Below, piece by piece: positions 1 through 15,143 of a stretch of 64,000 bases of DNA (the first letter of the stretch is position 1; every line of letters starts with the position of its first letter). A model generated the notes under the pieces. The model was not told where the DNA came from. It made no database searches and saw nothing but the letters and a program-made list of their open reading frames with translations. The DNA is taken from NCBI GenBank assembly GCA_964016885.1, contig OZ024741.1, forward strand, positions 16,864,001 to 16,928,000, given 5' to 3'. A program made the position numbers and the translations under genes. The stretch comes from Eledone cirrhosa (Eukaryota).

Positions 1-285
1 CCAGTGTTTTTGGCTGTCCACTTCTGCTTCTCTTACCAACTAACTTTCCTTCTAGGCATAACTTACTCATAGCATGAGTTGACCTTTTAATATGACCATA
101 CAGGTTAAGTACTCTTGACTTGATAACTGATGTGATTGGTTTAAGCTTTGTAATGTTGAGTAGCTCATTGATAGAGATATGGTCGCTGAGTCGTTTCTTA
201 GTCATAAGTTTCATGATGTGGTTCTTGAATGTAGAGAGCTTCTGAAGTGACCTTGTTGTCCAGTTAACACAATCAAGATCATATA
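1..285 (-). mobile_element. RTE-clade LINE fragment, C-terminal part of ORF
   Basis: The minus strand translates ...KLSTFKNHIMKLMTKKRLSDHISINELLNITKLKPITSVIKSRVLNLYGHIKRS...LEGKLVGKRSRSGQP. This resembles the RTE post-RT 'RL.W.GHV.R...EG.R..GRP' region. Confidence 0.7.
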
Positions 286-287
286 AC

Positions 288-380
288 ACAACTAGCTATG
301 TAGACGATCTGGCCATTATGAGTTACTCTAGAACTGATCTGCAAGACTTTCTGAATGTACTGAAGGCTGGCTTACACATC
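288..380 (+). mobile_element. Reverse transcriptase fragment (YVDD motif), inverted relative to the adjacent RTE fragment
   Basis: The plus strand translates TSYVDDLAIMSYSRTDLQDFLNVLK, matching the non-LTR RT 'YADD....S...LQ..L..L' motif. Confidence 0.65.
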
Positions 381-512
381 AACATCTCTTTTCTTAATCT
401 GATAATCCCCAAATGGAATTTCTACCATGAAATTGCTGGGGTAGCTTCAGTGGATCGAATATTTCCCCATACTCGCCATATTCAGATAGCAAGGTGAGAC
501 TCCATTTTTATG

Positions 513-797
513 TACTCTCAGGTCTCCAATAATCGCTCTCCTCACTTATTAAATTTTGTGAAATTTTATTTTAAGTGGGTAGTATTTCTGCGACAATTAA
601 TTTTATCTATTCATTAAAATACATACATGAGAAAATCCCATACGTTATAAAATAAATAGGATGGGTTGAGGTCTCAATATGTAAACTAAACAACTAATTC
701 TGGTTTTTTAAAAATTCAACGGAGACAACCTAGAAAAATTAGAGATTTCTACCGCTTCCCCGCTTATCACCCCTCTATTATTTGGAACCCGATAGTA
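513..797. mobile_element. Degraded Tc1/mariner/pogo-type MITE
   Basis: Imperfect terminal inverted repeats, tactctcaggtctccaataat versus the reverse complement tactatcgggttccaaataat, with TA at the ends. Confidence 0.45.
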
Positions 798-812
798 TGA
801 ATGTACGCGGTG

Positions 813-910
813 TATGTATATGTATATATATATACATGTATGTATGTATGTATGTATGTATGTATGTATGTATGTATGTATGCATGTATGTATGTATGTA
901 TGTATGTATG
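813..910. repeat. (TATG)n microsatellite
   Basis: Direct tandem repeat; a second tract lies at ~1273-1361. Confidence 0.95.
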
Positions 911-1272
911 TTCTGGTTTTATAATTTCACAAAGTATTACCAATAGAGAGAGAATCGGTTTCTAACATAGACACAAGACTCTCTCATTGGAATTTACACA
1001 ACATCAACTAGGTAGATATGTATGTATGCATGTGTAGATATGGATGTTATTGTATGTGTGGATGTGTATGTTTTGAGTTGTATGTGTGCATGTGTACATG
1101 CTTTGTATCTGTACATGTGTATATGCAGCTATTAGATGCGACATTTTTGAAATGTTATACATATTTTTACTGTTCCATTAATGGATTGTACTTGTAATTT
1201 CCTAACTAGTTGTGTTCTTTCTGTTCCTGTGAAGCCTAGCTTCTCAAGATTTGTATTGAGGCAGTTACTAAC

Positions 1273-1303
<31 letters not shown>

Positions 1304-1369
1304 TGTATGTATGTATGTATGTATGTATGTATGTATGTATGTATGTATGTATGTATGTATGAGATGACC

Positions 1370-1770
1370 CCTTAGCCTTTGTCAAGGCAGAATTCTAGGA
1401 GAAGGAAAACTCTGATATAACACCTGCAAGCCTGATGGTATCCAATGATGTTGACTTGTTCTTCTTTTTGGTAAATATCATCTTGGTTAAGAGAGTGGGA
1501 CTGGCTTTGTGCAGTGCCTTTGCTCACTATAAAAGCTTCACGGCACAGGCATTGCTTTATATCTGGAGATCTCTCTGCACTTGTCGTCACATGGTACCAT
1601 GGGCCCAGCACTATGTGTCAATAATTGTCACAAGTGTAGTGTTTGTACCAGAGTTTTCAAGTCGCTAGCTGGACTAAAAAGTCACACTCGTTCAGCGCAT
1701 CGGTAGGGGTTCTCCTACATGGATATAAAGTAGTGGCCGTACTCGAAAACGAGTTGGCAGCCACGATGTG
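1370..1770. mobile_element. Probable RTE-related interspersed repeat fragment
   Basis: Contains ctaggagaaggaaaactctga, a motif I associate with RTE 5' regions. Flanked by microsatellites; no convincing ORF. Confidence 0.3.
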
Positions 1771-1796
1771 TGTATGTATGTAGGTATGGATGGACG

Positions 1797-2145
<349 letters not shown>

Positions 2146-2523
2146 GGTCAAGAAGGCATATATATATGCCTTCTTGACCATTTTTTTCAGTTTGTATGGC
2201 GTTTTAACATATTGTTTAGCTCTAGTTTTCTTAACTATTGGAGCGCTTGCCAGCATGTCTACGATTTTGCGTTTCGTTTCGATTTTTCTACCAGCCGAGA
2301 TACGATTCTCGCTGAATTTATATTTATATATATATATATATATATGTATGTAAGCGTCAGCTGCATTTCCTTCTTGTTTTTAACCCGTCCACTTACCACC
2401 TCTTCCCCCTCCTCCTCTTTAGCAATAAAAATGCTGATATGTGGTGAATGTAGTTTTACAGAACTGATGTCGCTAAATAACTGCTTATTATGTTAAGCTG
2501 TATTCAGTCGCATCTATCTATAC

Positions 2524-2622
<99 letters not shown>

Positions 2623-2633
2623 CGCGTGTGTGT

Positions 2634-2729
2634 ATACAGGGTCCCCCAAAAATGAATAAACACTTCAATAAATATTCTAATAAATATTGCCTGTACAACG
2701 TGTGTATACATTTTGGGGGGACAGCATGA
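2634..2729. mobile_element. Short mariner-like MITE remnant
   Basis: TIR-like ends tacagggtcccccaaaaatgaataaacac and gtgtgtatacattttggggggacagcatga. Confidence 0.5.
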
Positions 2730-2784
2730 ACACACACACACACACATATATATATGCATATATGTATATGCATATATATATATT

Positions 2785-3066
<282 letters not shown>

Positions 3067-3904
3067 ATATATATATATATATATATATATATTTAATACA
3101 TAAACAGAGAAAGCCTTAAGCGATACTCTGACCAACTCCATCTCACTCAACAAACATTAGGATATACCTAAGTATCATCCCAATTTAGTGATTGGGGTGG
3201 TAACTAATCATTTAATAAATTTTTCAATGAACAAATTTCATTATTTCTGGAGACAGCATATATATGTGAAGGTATGTATATTTCCTCTGCTAGTTTGTAA
3301 TATTTTTACATAGATCTATATGATATACATACCAACACACATATATATCCTAGAAACGATCGTAAAATGATGAATTTTTTAATATAAGGAACTTGTTCTT
3401 TGTTTTTATTCATTGTTTTTATTAATTTATATATATATATATATATATATATATGAATTTTAGTACAGCATTAACGAAGCTTTAGAACACGGCCAAGTTA
3501 ACGAACACAGAATATGTAGCTTTAGCACTCGGATGGGGAAAAGAACCCCAGAGTAATAACAATACGTTCAGACAGCTTAGCAAATCAAATATAGCGGTCG
3601 GCAGTCCAGCCGCATCACTAGAGCAACGAAAATACAGGACCCAGGAAAAGATTTTAGACTGACCTGGACAAAGCGGTGAGGCTGAATGCAAAATATATAA
3701 TGTACATCGTATATCACACAATATACATCACATACAACACCCAACATCAGCGCTAAGTTACTGCAAATCCAAGATCGACAAATTCCGCTTGCAGGAGTCT
3801 GCAATATAACTATATATATATATATATATATATATAGTTATATATATAGTTATAGAAATAACCAAAGAGTGCTTAGAAATACATTGTTTTATTAGCTAAC
3901 AGTG

Positions 3905-4200
<296 letters not shown>

Positions 4201-5253
4201 ACGACCACTTTGCAGTGGAATGATAGGAACTCCAGTCCTATCATCTCATTTCTACAGCTGAGTAAACACATTCATTTTTCCATTACCATTATAAGGAGTC
4301 TGACGAGCCGCGGATTACAGAGTCGGGATAGACCGATACAGATCGAACCTTGAGTTGATCAGTATTTGATCTATCTCTCGCTGATGATAGCCTACAGATT
4401 ATCTGTTACAAACACAATTTTTCAGGGCGAAACAGATTGAAGAATAATGAGAATATTAAAAATATAAAAAACAATTTGTGGTTACTATTCCCTTACCACC
4501 ATCATCAAGTCTCTCACTGGTACTGCTAAACTATAGAGAAGTTTACTAGGTGTGTTGGAATTATAGTGAGAGAATTTTATGAGTTAGTAGTAATCAAACG
4601 AATCTATCTTACAGTGACGGGTCAACAAGTAGGGGGCCAAAATACTAAAGAAACTACTACGAAATAATAATTCAGAGTCCCGAAACTAATACGAAATAAT
4701 AATTCAGAATCCCGAAAAAGAATACTAATACGATATATAAGAGTACTGCTACGATACATAAATTCTAGTACAAACTACATAATGCTCGTACGATATATAT
4801 GAACAATTTGATACGGACAAATAATTCATAGCCCCCCCCCCCCCCCCCCCTCCCCCCACCCCCACCCGAAAAAAAATACTGATATACGAGAATCTAAAGC
4901 AGAGAAACCAATAAGAAGTAGTATTCTTCTATATATTTACTCCATATTGATTTACTTACTGTTTCTACTTCCTCCTCCTCTCCCTCCCTAGTATACTTTC
5001 TTCACCTCCTGCCCTTAGGATCCTGCTGTGGTTGGCACTATCAACGCAAGGCTGGGTTTCCTCCCCTCCCTCTCCCTCTTTCTTCTACTGGCAGGTTCAG
5101 CTACCCCCTCCTTCCACAAATTGCCATGATAGAATTATGTGTCTCAACAACAAACTTTTGACCAATCCTTGTGACAATCACTTTTACCATATATGGAATT
5201 ACTCCCTGAGAAGCTCGGCTATTCATGTACCAGGATAACAATTTTCATTTAGT

Positions 5254-5389
5254 CCAGAATTAGCCGTCGAAACGGCTTGAGCTCAGCCGTCGGGGTCCTA
5301 CTCGTTCCTATTACCCACTCTACTACCCTAAGTATTGAGTACTTTGGTGCGTTATAATACATCTGGTTCCTTACCACATTTCCTTCGTT
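5254..5389 (+). mobile_element. Palindromic element copy 3 (outer arm missing)
   Basis: agccgtcgaaacggcttgagctcagccgtcggggtc plus the same tail, ending in cgtt(TA)n. Confidence 0.85.
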
Positions 5390-5419
5390 ATATATATATA
5401 TATATATTTGCGGTAAGGT

Positions 5420-5850
<431 letters not shown>

Positions 5851-6802
5851 GACACAAACAAGCATATAGAATGACCAATCGCGGGCCTAGAATCCAGCGG
5901 GCGCACTTATCCCGAGCAATTCAAGGAAATAACCGTTATAAACAATAAGAAAAATAACCCTTTAGGTCCGAAGGGTCAGCTTCGAGTGTAATGTAGTCCG
6001 TATCGGTGGCGCGGTCAAAAGCACACTACCGCATCCGTTTAGTAAATGAGTCCATGTACTGTACCATCCTACACAGGTAAGTGTTGCTATCCGGTATTGA
6101 TATGTCCTTAGAAGAAGATGCGCAGGTAAACATCTCCATGATACTCAGCAGTAAACGCTCTACCCAGGGGGGGGGGGGAGCATTATACGTGTAAAAGATT
6201 CAGTAAGTCCGGAAAAAACTGTCGAGAGAACCAATGTCAGCACTCGATGCAGAGCTGAGTGTATATAATAGGAATAAAGTGGAGATGTTACATAGGAGAT
6301 TTATTGCTTAATCCAGTTACAAATGTTTCCCAGGCAGCCGGCTCATGATCTGGGGTCATCCCAGACCAGGTTCCAAGTCTGCCTGATACTCAGACCAATG
6401 TTAACACAACAACAATCACATCAAATATGTGATCGAACCAGACTAGAACTGTTTCATTGGAAGGAAATAATCAGGAAAGCCTGCTGTCATTGTGATACGG
6501 TGGTATTTATAGGTTTTCTGGTGGTAGGGGGAGGTGGTGATTGGCATGGGTGGAGGTCATTGGCCGAGGGATTTTAAGAACAGGCATTCTTTGAAAAATC
6601 TAATTTTAGAGAGAAATATACATAGTGACAAAAATGTAAAAGGCATTTACACTAAGCACTGATAGACAACCATATACTGACAACTACGTTCACACTAACT
6701 ACCTATAGACTAACATATACATACTAACAACCACACCTGTTTTTAGGGTTCATTTATTCTAAGGAAACAAAGGGATTTCATTAAGTGGCTGTATTACAAG
6801 GC

Positions 6803-6941
<139 letters not shown>

Positions 6942-7218
6942 GCACACAATATATGTTATATCGTACTTTCCCACTCATTCTTCTCTTTATGTATCTAAAC
7001 ATAAATACATAGATACCTTGCAATGATGATTAATCTCATTTGTATATATTCCATTAAAGGAATATATTTCACCATAGGTATCTATATTTAAGATTCTCAT
7101 TAATTTTAATATCTTACCTCCGTAACTATGTGTGTTTACACTCTTTACAAATTATCCACTGTTTGATGTGTTTATTTTCTATATCAATCGACTTTTAATT
7201 TAATGTTATATATATATA

Positions 7219-7587
7219 CTAGCCAAATTACCCGCGCCTTGCTGCGTTTCACACTTTTTTTGTAAGAAAATGATGATTGATTTTAAATCAGTGATATAAT
7301 TTATGGAGAAAAAGTCCATTAGGGTGTCTTAATATTATTGAAATTTGCTGAAATTTCAATGAATCGGCATCATATCTTGTCATTTACCTATGGTTTAAAT
7401 TTCATATAAATCGTAGGGAAAATATTTTCGGCAGGGGTTTGATTAAAATGAAATATACTTATCCAAGTACCCTGGGCAATGTAGTTTCAGAATATATATG
7501 GTTATGGGGGGGGTCTATTCTCAAAACCATAGGAAGAGTTCGTGAACAAAGAAACAGACAGACAGGAATACAAATTTATATATATAT
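7219..7587 (-). mobile_element. Non-autonomous Helitron-like element
   Basis: The minus-strand 3' end reads ...cgcagcaaggcgcgggtaatttggCTAG|t (GC hairpin plus CTAG). An internal acagacagacag microsatellite lies near the other end. Confidence 0.55.
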
Positions 7588-7748
7588 AACGAAGGAAGTG
7601 TGGTAAGATACCAGGGGAACCATAACGCACCAGAGTACTCAATATCTAGGGTAGTAGAGTGGGTAATAGGAAAAGAGTCAGGACCCCGATTCCAGAAATA
7701 GCCGTCGAAACGGCTTGAGCTCTGCCGTCGTGGTCTTGACTCTTTTCC
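7588..7748 (-). mobile_element. Palindromic element copy 4 (inner arm partly deleted)
   Basis: Reverse complement of the family tail, then ggaaaagagtcaggacccc ... ggtcttgactcttttcc(TA)n. Confidence 0.85.
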
Positions 7749-8139
7749 TATATATATATGTGTGTGTAGATGTATATATTTATGTATAGATACATATATA
7801 AAGAGATCGAGAGGGCAAGTGTGAGGGCGAGAAAGCGTGAGTGTGCGAGTGAGACAGTAAGATTTGGTAAAACGAAAAAGAGCATCTATGAACCCTATAA
7901 AAAAAAGTTGCAAGGGAAGTAGTTAACTATTTTGCGTTGAGTTATCTCCCTTGAATCATAAAAAATTTAGGTTCTCTCCCTTGGAAATGTTTAAATGTAT
8001 TATGCAAACTTGAAAGAACTCAAGCTTGCTAGAAAATAGCAGTTAAAGTCTCCCTCGAATCTTATCCTATGGTCTTAAAGTGTGGTCACGGGCTTTATTA
8101 CTGTTTTGTTTTATACTGGAAGATAAGATGTGATAGTCA

Positions 8140-8312
8140 CGGATGGACCATTACTCACCAGAGTACTCGATACATGGGGTAGTAGAGTGGGTAATATAAA
8201 AAGATTCAGGACCCCGACGGCTGAGCTCCGGCCGTTTCAACAACTAGATCCGAACTCGGATCTAGTTGTTGAAACGGCCGGAGTTCAGCCGTCGGGGTCC
8301 TGAAATTTTTCC
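8140..8312 (-). mobile_element. Palindromic element copy 5
   Basis: tcaggaccccgacggctgagctccggccgtttcaacaactagatccga-ac-tcggatctagttgttgaaacggccggagttcagccgtcggggtcctga plus the family tail. Confidence 0.85.
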
Positions 8313-8317
8313 TATAT

Positions 8318-8409
<92 letters not shown>

Positions 8410-8519
8410 CATACATACTCTCTCACACACACACACACAGAAACACCTACATAGATCGTTAATTTCGGCGCAAGGATAGTAAAATGGGGAAAAGATAACC
8501 GATCGATTATATCGATCCA

Positions 8520-8835
8520 ATATATTGATTGTTACTTTATTTTATCGACCCATTAAAGGCTAAGTTGACTTCGGCGGGATTTGAAACTGGAACGTAGAAG
8601 GTCCTAACAAAATACAGCAATGTATCCGGCTCTCCAACTATTGTACCGGTCCACAGCGTTTATATGTTGCGTTTTACACTCCCCCAAATTGATGTCAAGG
8701 ACAACAATTTGGGGGAGTGTAAAAGCAATTAAATGGCCCGGGCTGTATTACCGGTATTTTATTTTATCAACCCCGGAAGGTTGAAACGTAAAGTTAAACC
8801 TCGGTGGGATTTGAACTCAGAACGTAAAGGGGCGT
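8520..8835 (-). mobile_element. Two older copies of the tRNA-derived SINE
   Basis: The core ttttatcgaccc...aagtt.ac.tcgg.gggatttgaa.ct occurs twice (~8535-8600 and ~8755-8830). Confidence 0.7.
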
Positions 8836-8973
8836 AATGAAATGACAACAACAACAACAACAACAACGACGACGACAATAATGATGACAACGACGACGAC
8901 GACGACGACGATAACAACAACAACAGCAAGAAGAAGAACAACAACGACAACAACAACAACGATAATAATAATT

Positions 8974-9160
8974 GTTTCTACTTTTGGCACAAGGCCAGCA
9001 ATTATCCAGTACATTACTGGTACTTTATTTTATCGACCCTGTAAGGATGAAAGGCAAAGTCAACCTCGGCGGGATTTGAACTCAGACCGTAAAGGGACGT
9101 AACTATGCTGGAAAGCATGGCGTCCGACCCTCTACCAATACTGCCAATCCACCGCCCTAA
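8974..9160 (-). mobile_element. tRNA-derived SINE (young subfamily)
   Basis: Minus strand: A-box-like tggcagtattgg, B-box gagttcaaatccc (9083-9071), core ctttcatcc...gggtcgataaaataaagtaccag, and 3' ggccttgtgccaaaagtagaaac(ATT)n. Confidence 0.85.
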
Positions 9161-10570
9161 CATGGCGCCCGACCCTCTACCAATACTACCAATCCACCAC
9201 CCTAACATGGCGTCCGATACTGCCAATCCACCGCCCTAGCATGGCGTCTGACCCTCCACCGATACTGCCAATCCACCACCCTAACATGGCGTCAGACCCT
9301 CTACCAATACTGCCAATCCACCACCCTAGCATGGCGTCCGACCCTCTACCGATAATGCCAATCCACCGCCCTAGCATGGCGTCCGACCCTCTACCAATAA
9401 TGCCAATCCACCACCCTAGCATGGCGTCCGACCCTCTACCAATACTGCCAATCCACCACCCTAGCATGGCGTCCGACCCTCTACCGATAATGCCAATCCA
9501 CCGCCCTAGCATGGCGTCCGACCCTCTACCAATACTGCCAATCCACCGCCCTAGCATGGCGTCCGACCCTCTACCAATAATGCCAATCCACCACCCTAGC
9601 ACGGCGTCCGACCCTCTACCAATACTGCTAATCCACCACCCTAGCATGGCGTCCGACCCTCTACCGATACTGCCAATCCACCGCCCTAGCATAGCGTCCG
9701 ACCCTCTACCAATACTGCTAATCCACCGCCCTAGAATGGCGTCCGACCCTCTACCAATACTGCCAATCCACCGCCCTAGCATAGCGTCCGACCCTCTACC
9801 GATACTGCCAATCCACCACCCTAACATGGCGTCAGACCCTCTACCAATACTGCCAATCCACCGCCCTAGCATAGCGTCCGACCCTCTACCAATACTGCCA
9901 ATCCACCACCCTAACATGGCGTCAGACCCTCTACCAATACTGCCAATCCACCACCCTAGCATGGCGTCCGACCCTCTACCGATACTGCCAATCCACCACC
10001 CTAACATGGCGTCAGACCCTCTACCAATACTGCTAATCCACCACCCTAGCATGGCGTCCGACCCTCTACCGATACTGCCAATCCACCACCCTAACATGGC
10101 GTCAGACCCTCTACCAATACTGCCAATCCACCACCCTAGCATTACCGATACTGCCAATCCACCACCCTAGCATGGCGTCCGACCCTCTACCAATACTGCT
10201 AATCCACCACCCTAGCATGGCGTCCGACCCTCTACCAATAATGCCAATCCACCACCCTAGCATGGCGTCCGACCCTCTACCAATAATGCCAATCCACCAC
10301 CCTAGCATGGCGTCCGAGCCTCTACCAATAATGCCAATCCACCACCCTAGCATGGCGTCCGACCCTCTACCGATACTGCCAATCCACCACCCTAGCATGG
10401 CGTCCGACCCTCTACCAATACTGCTAATCCACCACCCTAGCATGGCGCCCGACCCTCTACCAATACTGCTAATCCACCACCCTAGCATGGCGTCCGACCC
10501 TCTACCAATAATGCCAATCCACCACCCTAGCATGGCGTCCGACCCTCTACCAATACTGCTAATCCACCAC
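9116..10570. repeat. 45-bp minisatellite, ~32 units, derived from the SINE 5' head
   Basis: Unit catggcgtccgaccctctaccaatactgccaatccaccaccctag, nearly identical to the terminal part of SINE copies at ~19525-19566 and ~29415-29453. Confidence 0.95.
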
Positions 10571-10585
10571 TTATAAAAACAGTCA

Positions 10586-10823
10586 TATATTTCCGTCACT
10601 AATTTCTCCTAATGCCGTTAATATATAATATCACCTTTTTTTTAATGTATCATGGATTACGTTACTGATTACATAAGACAATGTAACACAGTCTTCGTTC
10701 AATTTCTGTGGATACTGTCAATTACGAATACGATTATCTACATGTATATATACTTGCGTATAATATCAATATACACACTACACATGCTTGCAGAACACCA
10801 CCCGAGGGTGGTTTTTCTGCTAG
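10586..10823 (+). mobile_element. Helitron-like 3' fragment; related copy at ~21044-21310
   Basis: Shared body (tactgattaca...tgtaacacagtct...gcgtataatatcaatatacac) ending in the hairpin accacccgagggtggt plus CTAG. Confidence 0.55.
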
Positions 10824-10847
10824 CATTGTTAATAATGATAATAAGTG

Positions 10848-10925
10848 AAGGCTCGCAGCCTAGCGGTTACGGTGTTAGTGGTAGGATGATGAGTTCAATC
10901 CCCAGACCAGGCGTCGTGTTGTGAC
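10848..10925 (+). mobile_element. Truncated tRNA-like SINE head
   Basis: A-box-like agcctagcggtt and B-box gagttcaatccc, with no complete cloverleaf. Confidence 0.45.
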
Positions 10926-11139
10926 GTTCATCCCTGTATATGAAATATGACAAAAATAAAATAAAATAAGAAAAACAAACACAAAAGAAGATTATAATTA
11001 ATTTTAATCGTAATTATTTATTTACATCTGTATAAAGAGCGTATATAATATTTCAGTTTAGACTCCGGTGTGTTTATTTACAGCTATACAAAAAGTGTAT
11101 ATAATTTATTTTAGTTAAAATGTACAACAGGCTCCATCG

Positions 11140-11299
11140 TTATATGTATACATGTATACACACACATACATACATATATATGTATATATATATATGTATA
11201 TACATATATGCACACATATATGTATATATATGTATGCATATATATATACGTATGCATGTATATATACATATATATATATATATAATATATATATATATA

Positions 11300-11344
<45 letters not shown>

Positions 11345-11381
11345 AATACATATATATGTATACAATTATTTATATACATAC

Positions 11382-11451
<70 letters not shown>

Positions 11452-11810
11452 ATATATATATATATATACACACAGTATATATATATATATACAGTATATA
11501 TATATATATATATATATACAGTATATATATATATTATATATATATATACAGTATATATATAAATAATTGTAGTACATATATATGTATTTGTGTGTGTGTA
11601 GTGATATATATATATATATATATATAGATATATATATATATAATGTACATACATACATATATATATATCTATAATATATACATACATACGAACATACATA
11701 TATATATATTGATTTCTCTTTCTAAATGTTGTGATATGTGAAAGAAAAACTTTTAACAAACGCATAACCAAAGTGATTAGTTTATTAAGTATATGTATAT
11801 ATATACATAT

Positions 11811-11860
<50 letters not shown>

Positions 11861-12077
11861 CATATCTATACATATAAATATATCTATATCTACATATACT
11901 ATATATACATATATATATATATATAACATATACATATATATATATATAGACATATATATATATATATATGTACATATATATATACATACATACATATATA
12001 TAATTATATACATACATATTTATATATGTATACATATATATATACATATAATATATATATATATATATATATCTACA

Positions 12078-12108
<31 letters not shown>

Positions 12109-12232
12109 TATATATACACATATATATAGACACATATATATGTACATATATATATACATATATATAATTATATACATACATATTTATATATGTATACATA
12201 TATATATACACATATATATATATATATCTACA

Positions 12233-12282
<50 letters not shown>

Positions 12283-12658
12283 GACATATTATATATATAT
12301 AAATATATATATATATATCTACATATATATAATATACTTACATTATATATATACATATATATATATAGACATATATATATATGTACATATATATATACAT
12401 ATATACATATATATATAATTATATACATACATATATACATATATATAATTATATACATACATATTTATATATGTATACATATATATATACATATATATAT
12501 ATATGTATACATATATATATACGATATATATATATATATATACATATATACATATATATAATTAATATACATACATATTTATATATGTATACATACATAT
12601 TTATATATGTATACATATATATATATTATATATATATATATATAATATACATAATATA

Positions 12659-12690
<32 letters not shown>

Positions 12691-12694
12691 CTAT

Positions 12695-12760
<66 letters not shown>

Positions 12761-12825
12761 TATATATATACATATATATAATTATATACATACTATTTAT
12801 AAATGTATACATAAATATATATATG

Positions 12826-12856
<31 letters not shown>

Positions 12857-12869
12857 GTATATATATATA

Positions 12870-12960
<91 letters not shown>

Positions 12961-13020
12961 ATATATATATAATTATATATATATAATTATATATATAAAT
13001 ATATAATTATATATACACAG
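11140..13020. repeat. ~1.9-kb degenerate (TA)n/(TACA)n low-complexity tract
   Basis: Almost pure alternating AT, with recurring variants such as ataattatatacatacatattt. Confidence 0.95.
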
Positions 13021-13291
13021 ACAGATATATGTCAAACAAATGATGTTAATCGTGGCGATAATGATGATGGTGTTGATGATGATGATGACGCCGAGGGGAG
13101 GGGAAGGTGGGTAGCAGCTGATATAGGTAACTTACTTAACAAACATTTTAGTATAATTGGTAGATGAGGAGACATATTTGGCCGTGGAGAAGGGAAGATA
13201 GGCTGGACCCTGGTATATGACTGGGTGTTGGCTTGTCTGACCCCACAACTTCAACACTCTACCATCACATCCAACCACAGATCCTTATTTC

Positions 13292-13478
13292 TTCAGTGGC
13301 TGGCACTCCGTCGGTTACGACGACGAGTGTTCCAGTTGATCCGATCAACGGAACAGCCTGCTCATGAAATTAACGTGCAAGTGGCTGAGTATTCCGCAGA
13401 CACGCCTACTCTTAACCGTAATTCTCAAGGAGATTCAGCGTGAAACCGAACGTTACAAGGCTGGCCCTTCGAATTACT
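13292..13478. mobile_element. SINE fragment of a second family
   Basis: tggcactccgtcggttacgacgacgag...gatccgatcaacggaacagcctgctc...aaggctggccctt is a sequence I recall as a common octopus interspersed repeat; not verified. Confidence 0.5.
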
Positions 13479-13954
13479 ACTATCCCTACCCCCACCCGAC
13501 TATCAGTTAAATGTTTCTACCTCCCATCCTATTCAATATTGTATTAATCCAATCACCATCCCCTCCACAGATCATTACGTCATCACATTTATCACCCTCC
13601 TCTCTTCCTCCTCACACACATCACTACTCTATAATTCCTATCAGAACTCTCCCCCACCCTCCACAGATCAGTACAATGGAATCATCATTACCCCCTTCTC
13701 CACACAGATAACTCGTTACCAACTCTACTAATACTACACTCTCAACCCCACCACACCTCAATATTCTACCACTTTTACCAACAACTGGACCCTTTCAACC
13801 CTGCAACGATCACTGCCCGTTCACCCATATACAGATCAACCCTACCAATACTACTCCATCACAGACCAACATGCTACTACTTCTACCAATACTATGTCCC
13901 TCCACCAATTCTACCATTACCCAACAGAGGTAATCAAGCACTGCAAATTAATAA

Positions 13955-14209
13955 TGATTTCTATAAGAAGCACAAAGCTGGATATAAAGAGGGGTGGGCG
14001 GGGGGTGATAAGGAGTAACATCATCGATTATATCAACTACAGTATTTGACTGGTACTTTATTTTATCGATCTCAGAATGATGAAAGAAAGTAACGTTGAC
14101 CTCAGCAGGATTTGAAACTCAGAACGTAAAGAGGCAGAACAAATATCTCAAAGAATTCTATCTGACACTCTAATGACTCTGCCAAAGCACTGCCCTCCTC
14201 CTCCTAATG

Positions 14210-14247
<38 letters not shown>

Positions 14248-14500
14248 TGTTTCTACTTTTGACACAAGGCCAACAATTATCCCAGTGTATTACTGGTACT
14301 TTATTTTATCGACCCTCTAAGGATGAAAGGCAAAGCTAACCCCGGCAAGATTTGAACTCAGACCATAAAGGGCCGTAACTCTTTGCTGCAAAGCATGGTG
14401 TCCGACCCTCTACCGATACTGCCACTCAGACCATTAAGGAGCGTAACTCTAAGCTGGAAAGCATGGCATCCGACCCTCTACAGATACTGCCAATCCACCG
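13955..14500 (-). mobile_element. Tandem SINE copies (old copy ~13955-14200, young copy 14248-14500 with internal duplication)
   Basis: Two SINE cores separated by (TAA)n. The ctcagacca...aagcatgg..tccgaccctctac segment is duplicated. Confidence 0.8.
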
Positions 14501-15000
14501 AATAATAATAATAATAATGATAATAATCATAATAATAATAATAACAACAACAATAAAGGTATTTTTTGGCAACAAAACAAAAAACAAATACATAAATTCC
14601 TTCCTTTTATAACATTTTTTCTCAGTGAATCAAGAAAATAATAAAATATTAATGATGATTATAATAATAATAGTCAACAATAATAATATATACATGTACA
14701 CATATCTAAATATAAATGTGTATACACACACACGCATGTATATATATATATATATGCAGCGTATATATTCGTAGGTAAGTTGCGTTTACAATTTACTTAC
14801 AAGATTTACGGTATTACATATATTATTCATACTTAGCTCGCACACTGATCTTTCACGTTGTGTTCTCGTGAGAAAATATGTGACTTATACATACATGTAT
14901 ATATACAATATTCCTACATACATGCATAGATATATGCAATTATACACAGACACACACATATACACTCACACACACACACACTTATATGTATATATATATG

Positions 15001-15032
<32 letters not shown>

Positions 15033-15060
15033 TGTATGTATGTATGTATGTATATGTATA

Positions 15061-15143
<83 letters not shown>

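Noticed and set aside
9186-10599. Long ORFs on both strands (323, 309, 162 and 134 aa) with 15-aa repeats
   Set aside because: They arise from a stop-free 45-bp unit derived from a SINE head. There is a frameshift near 10141 and no splice or homology support.
10848-10925. tRNA gene
   Set aside because: A/B-box-like motifs are present, but there is no acceptor or anticodon stem; this is a SINE head.
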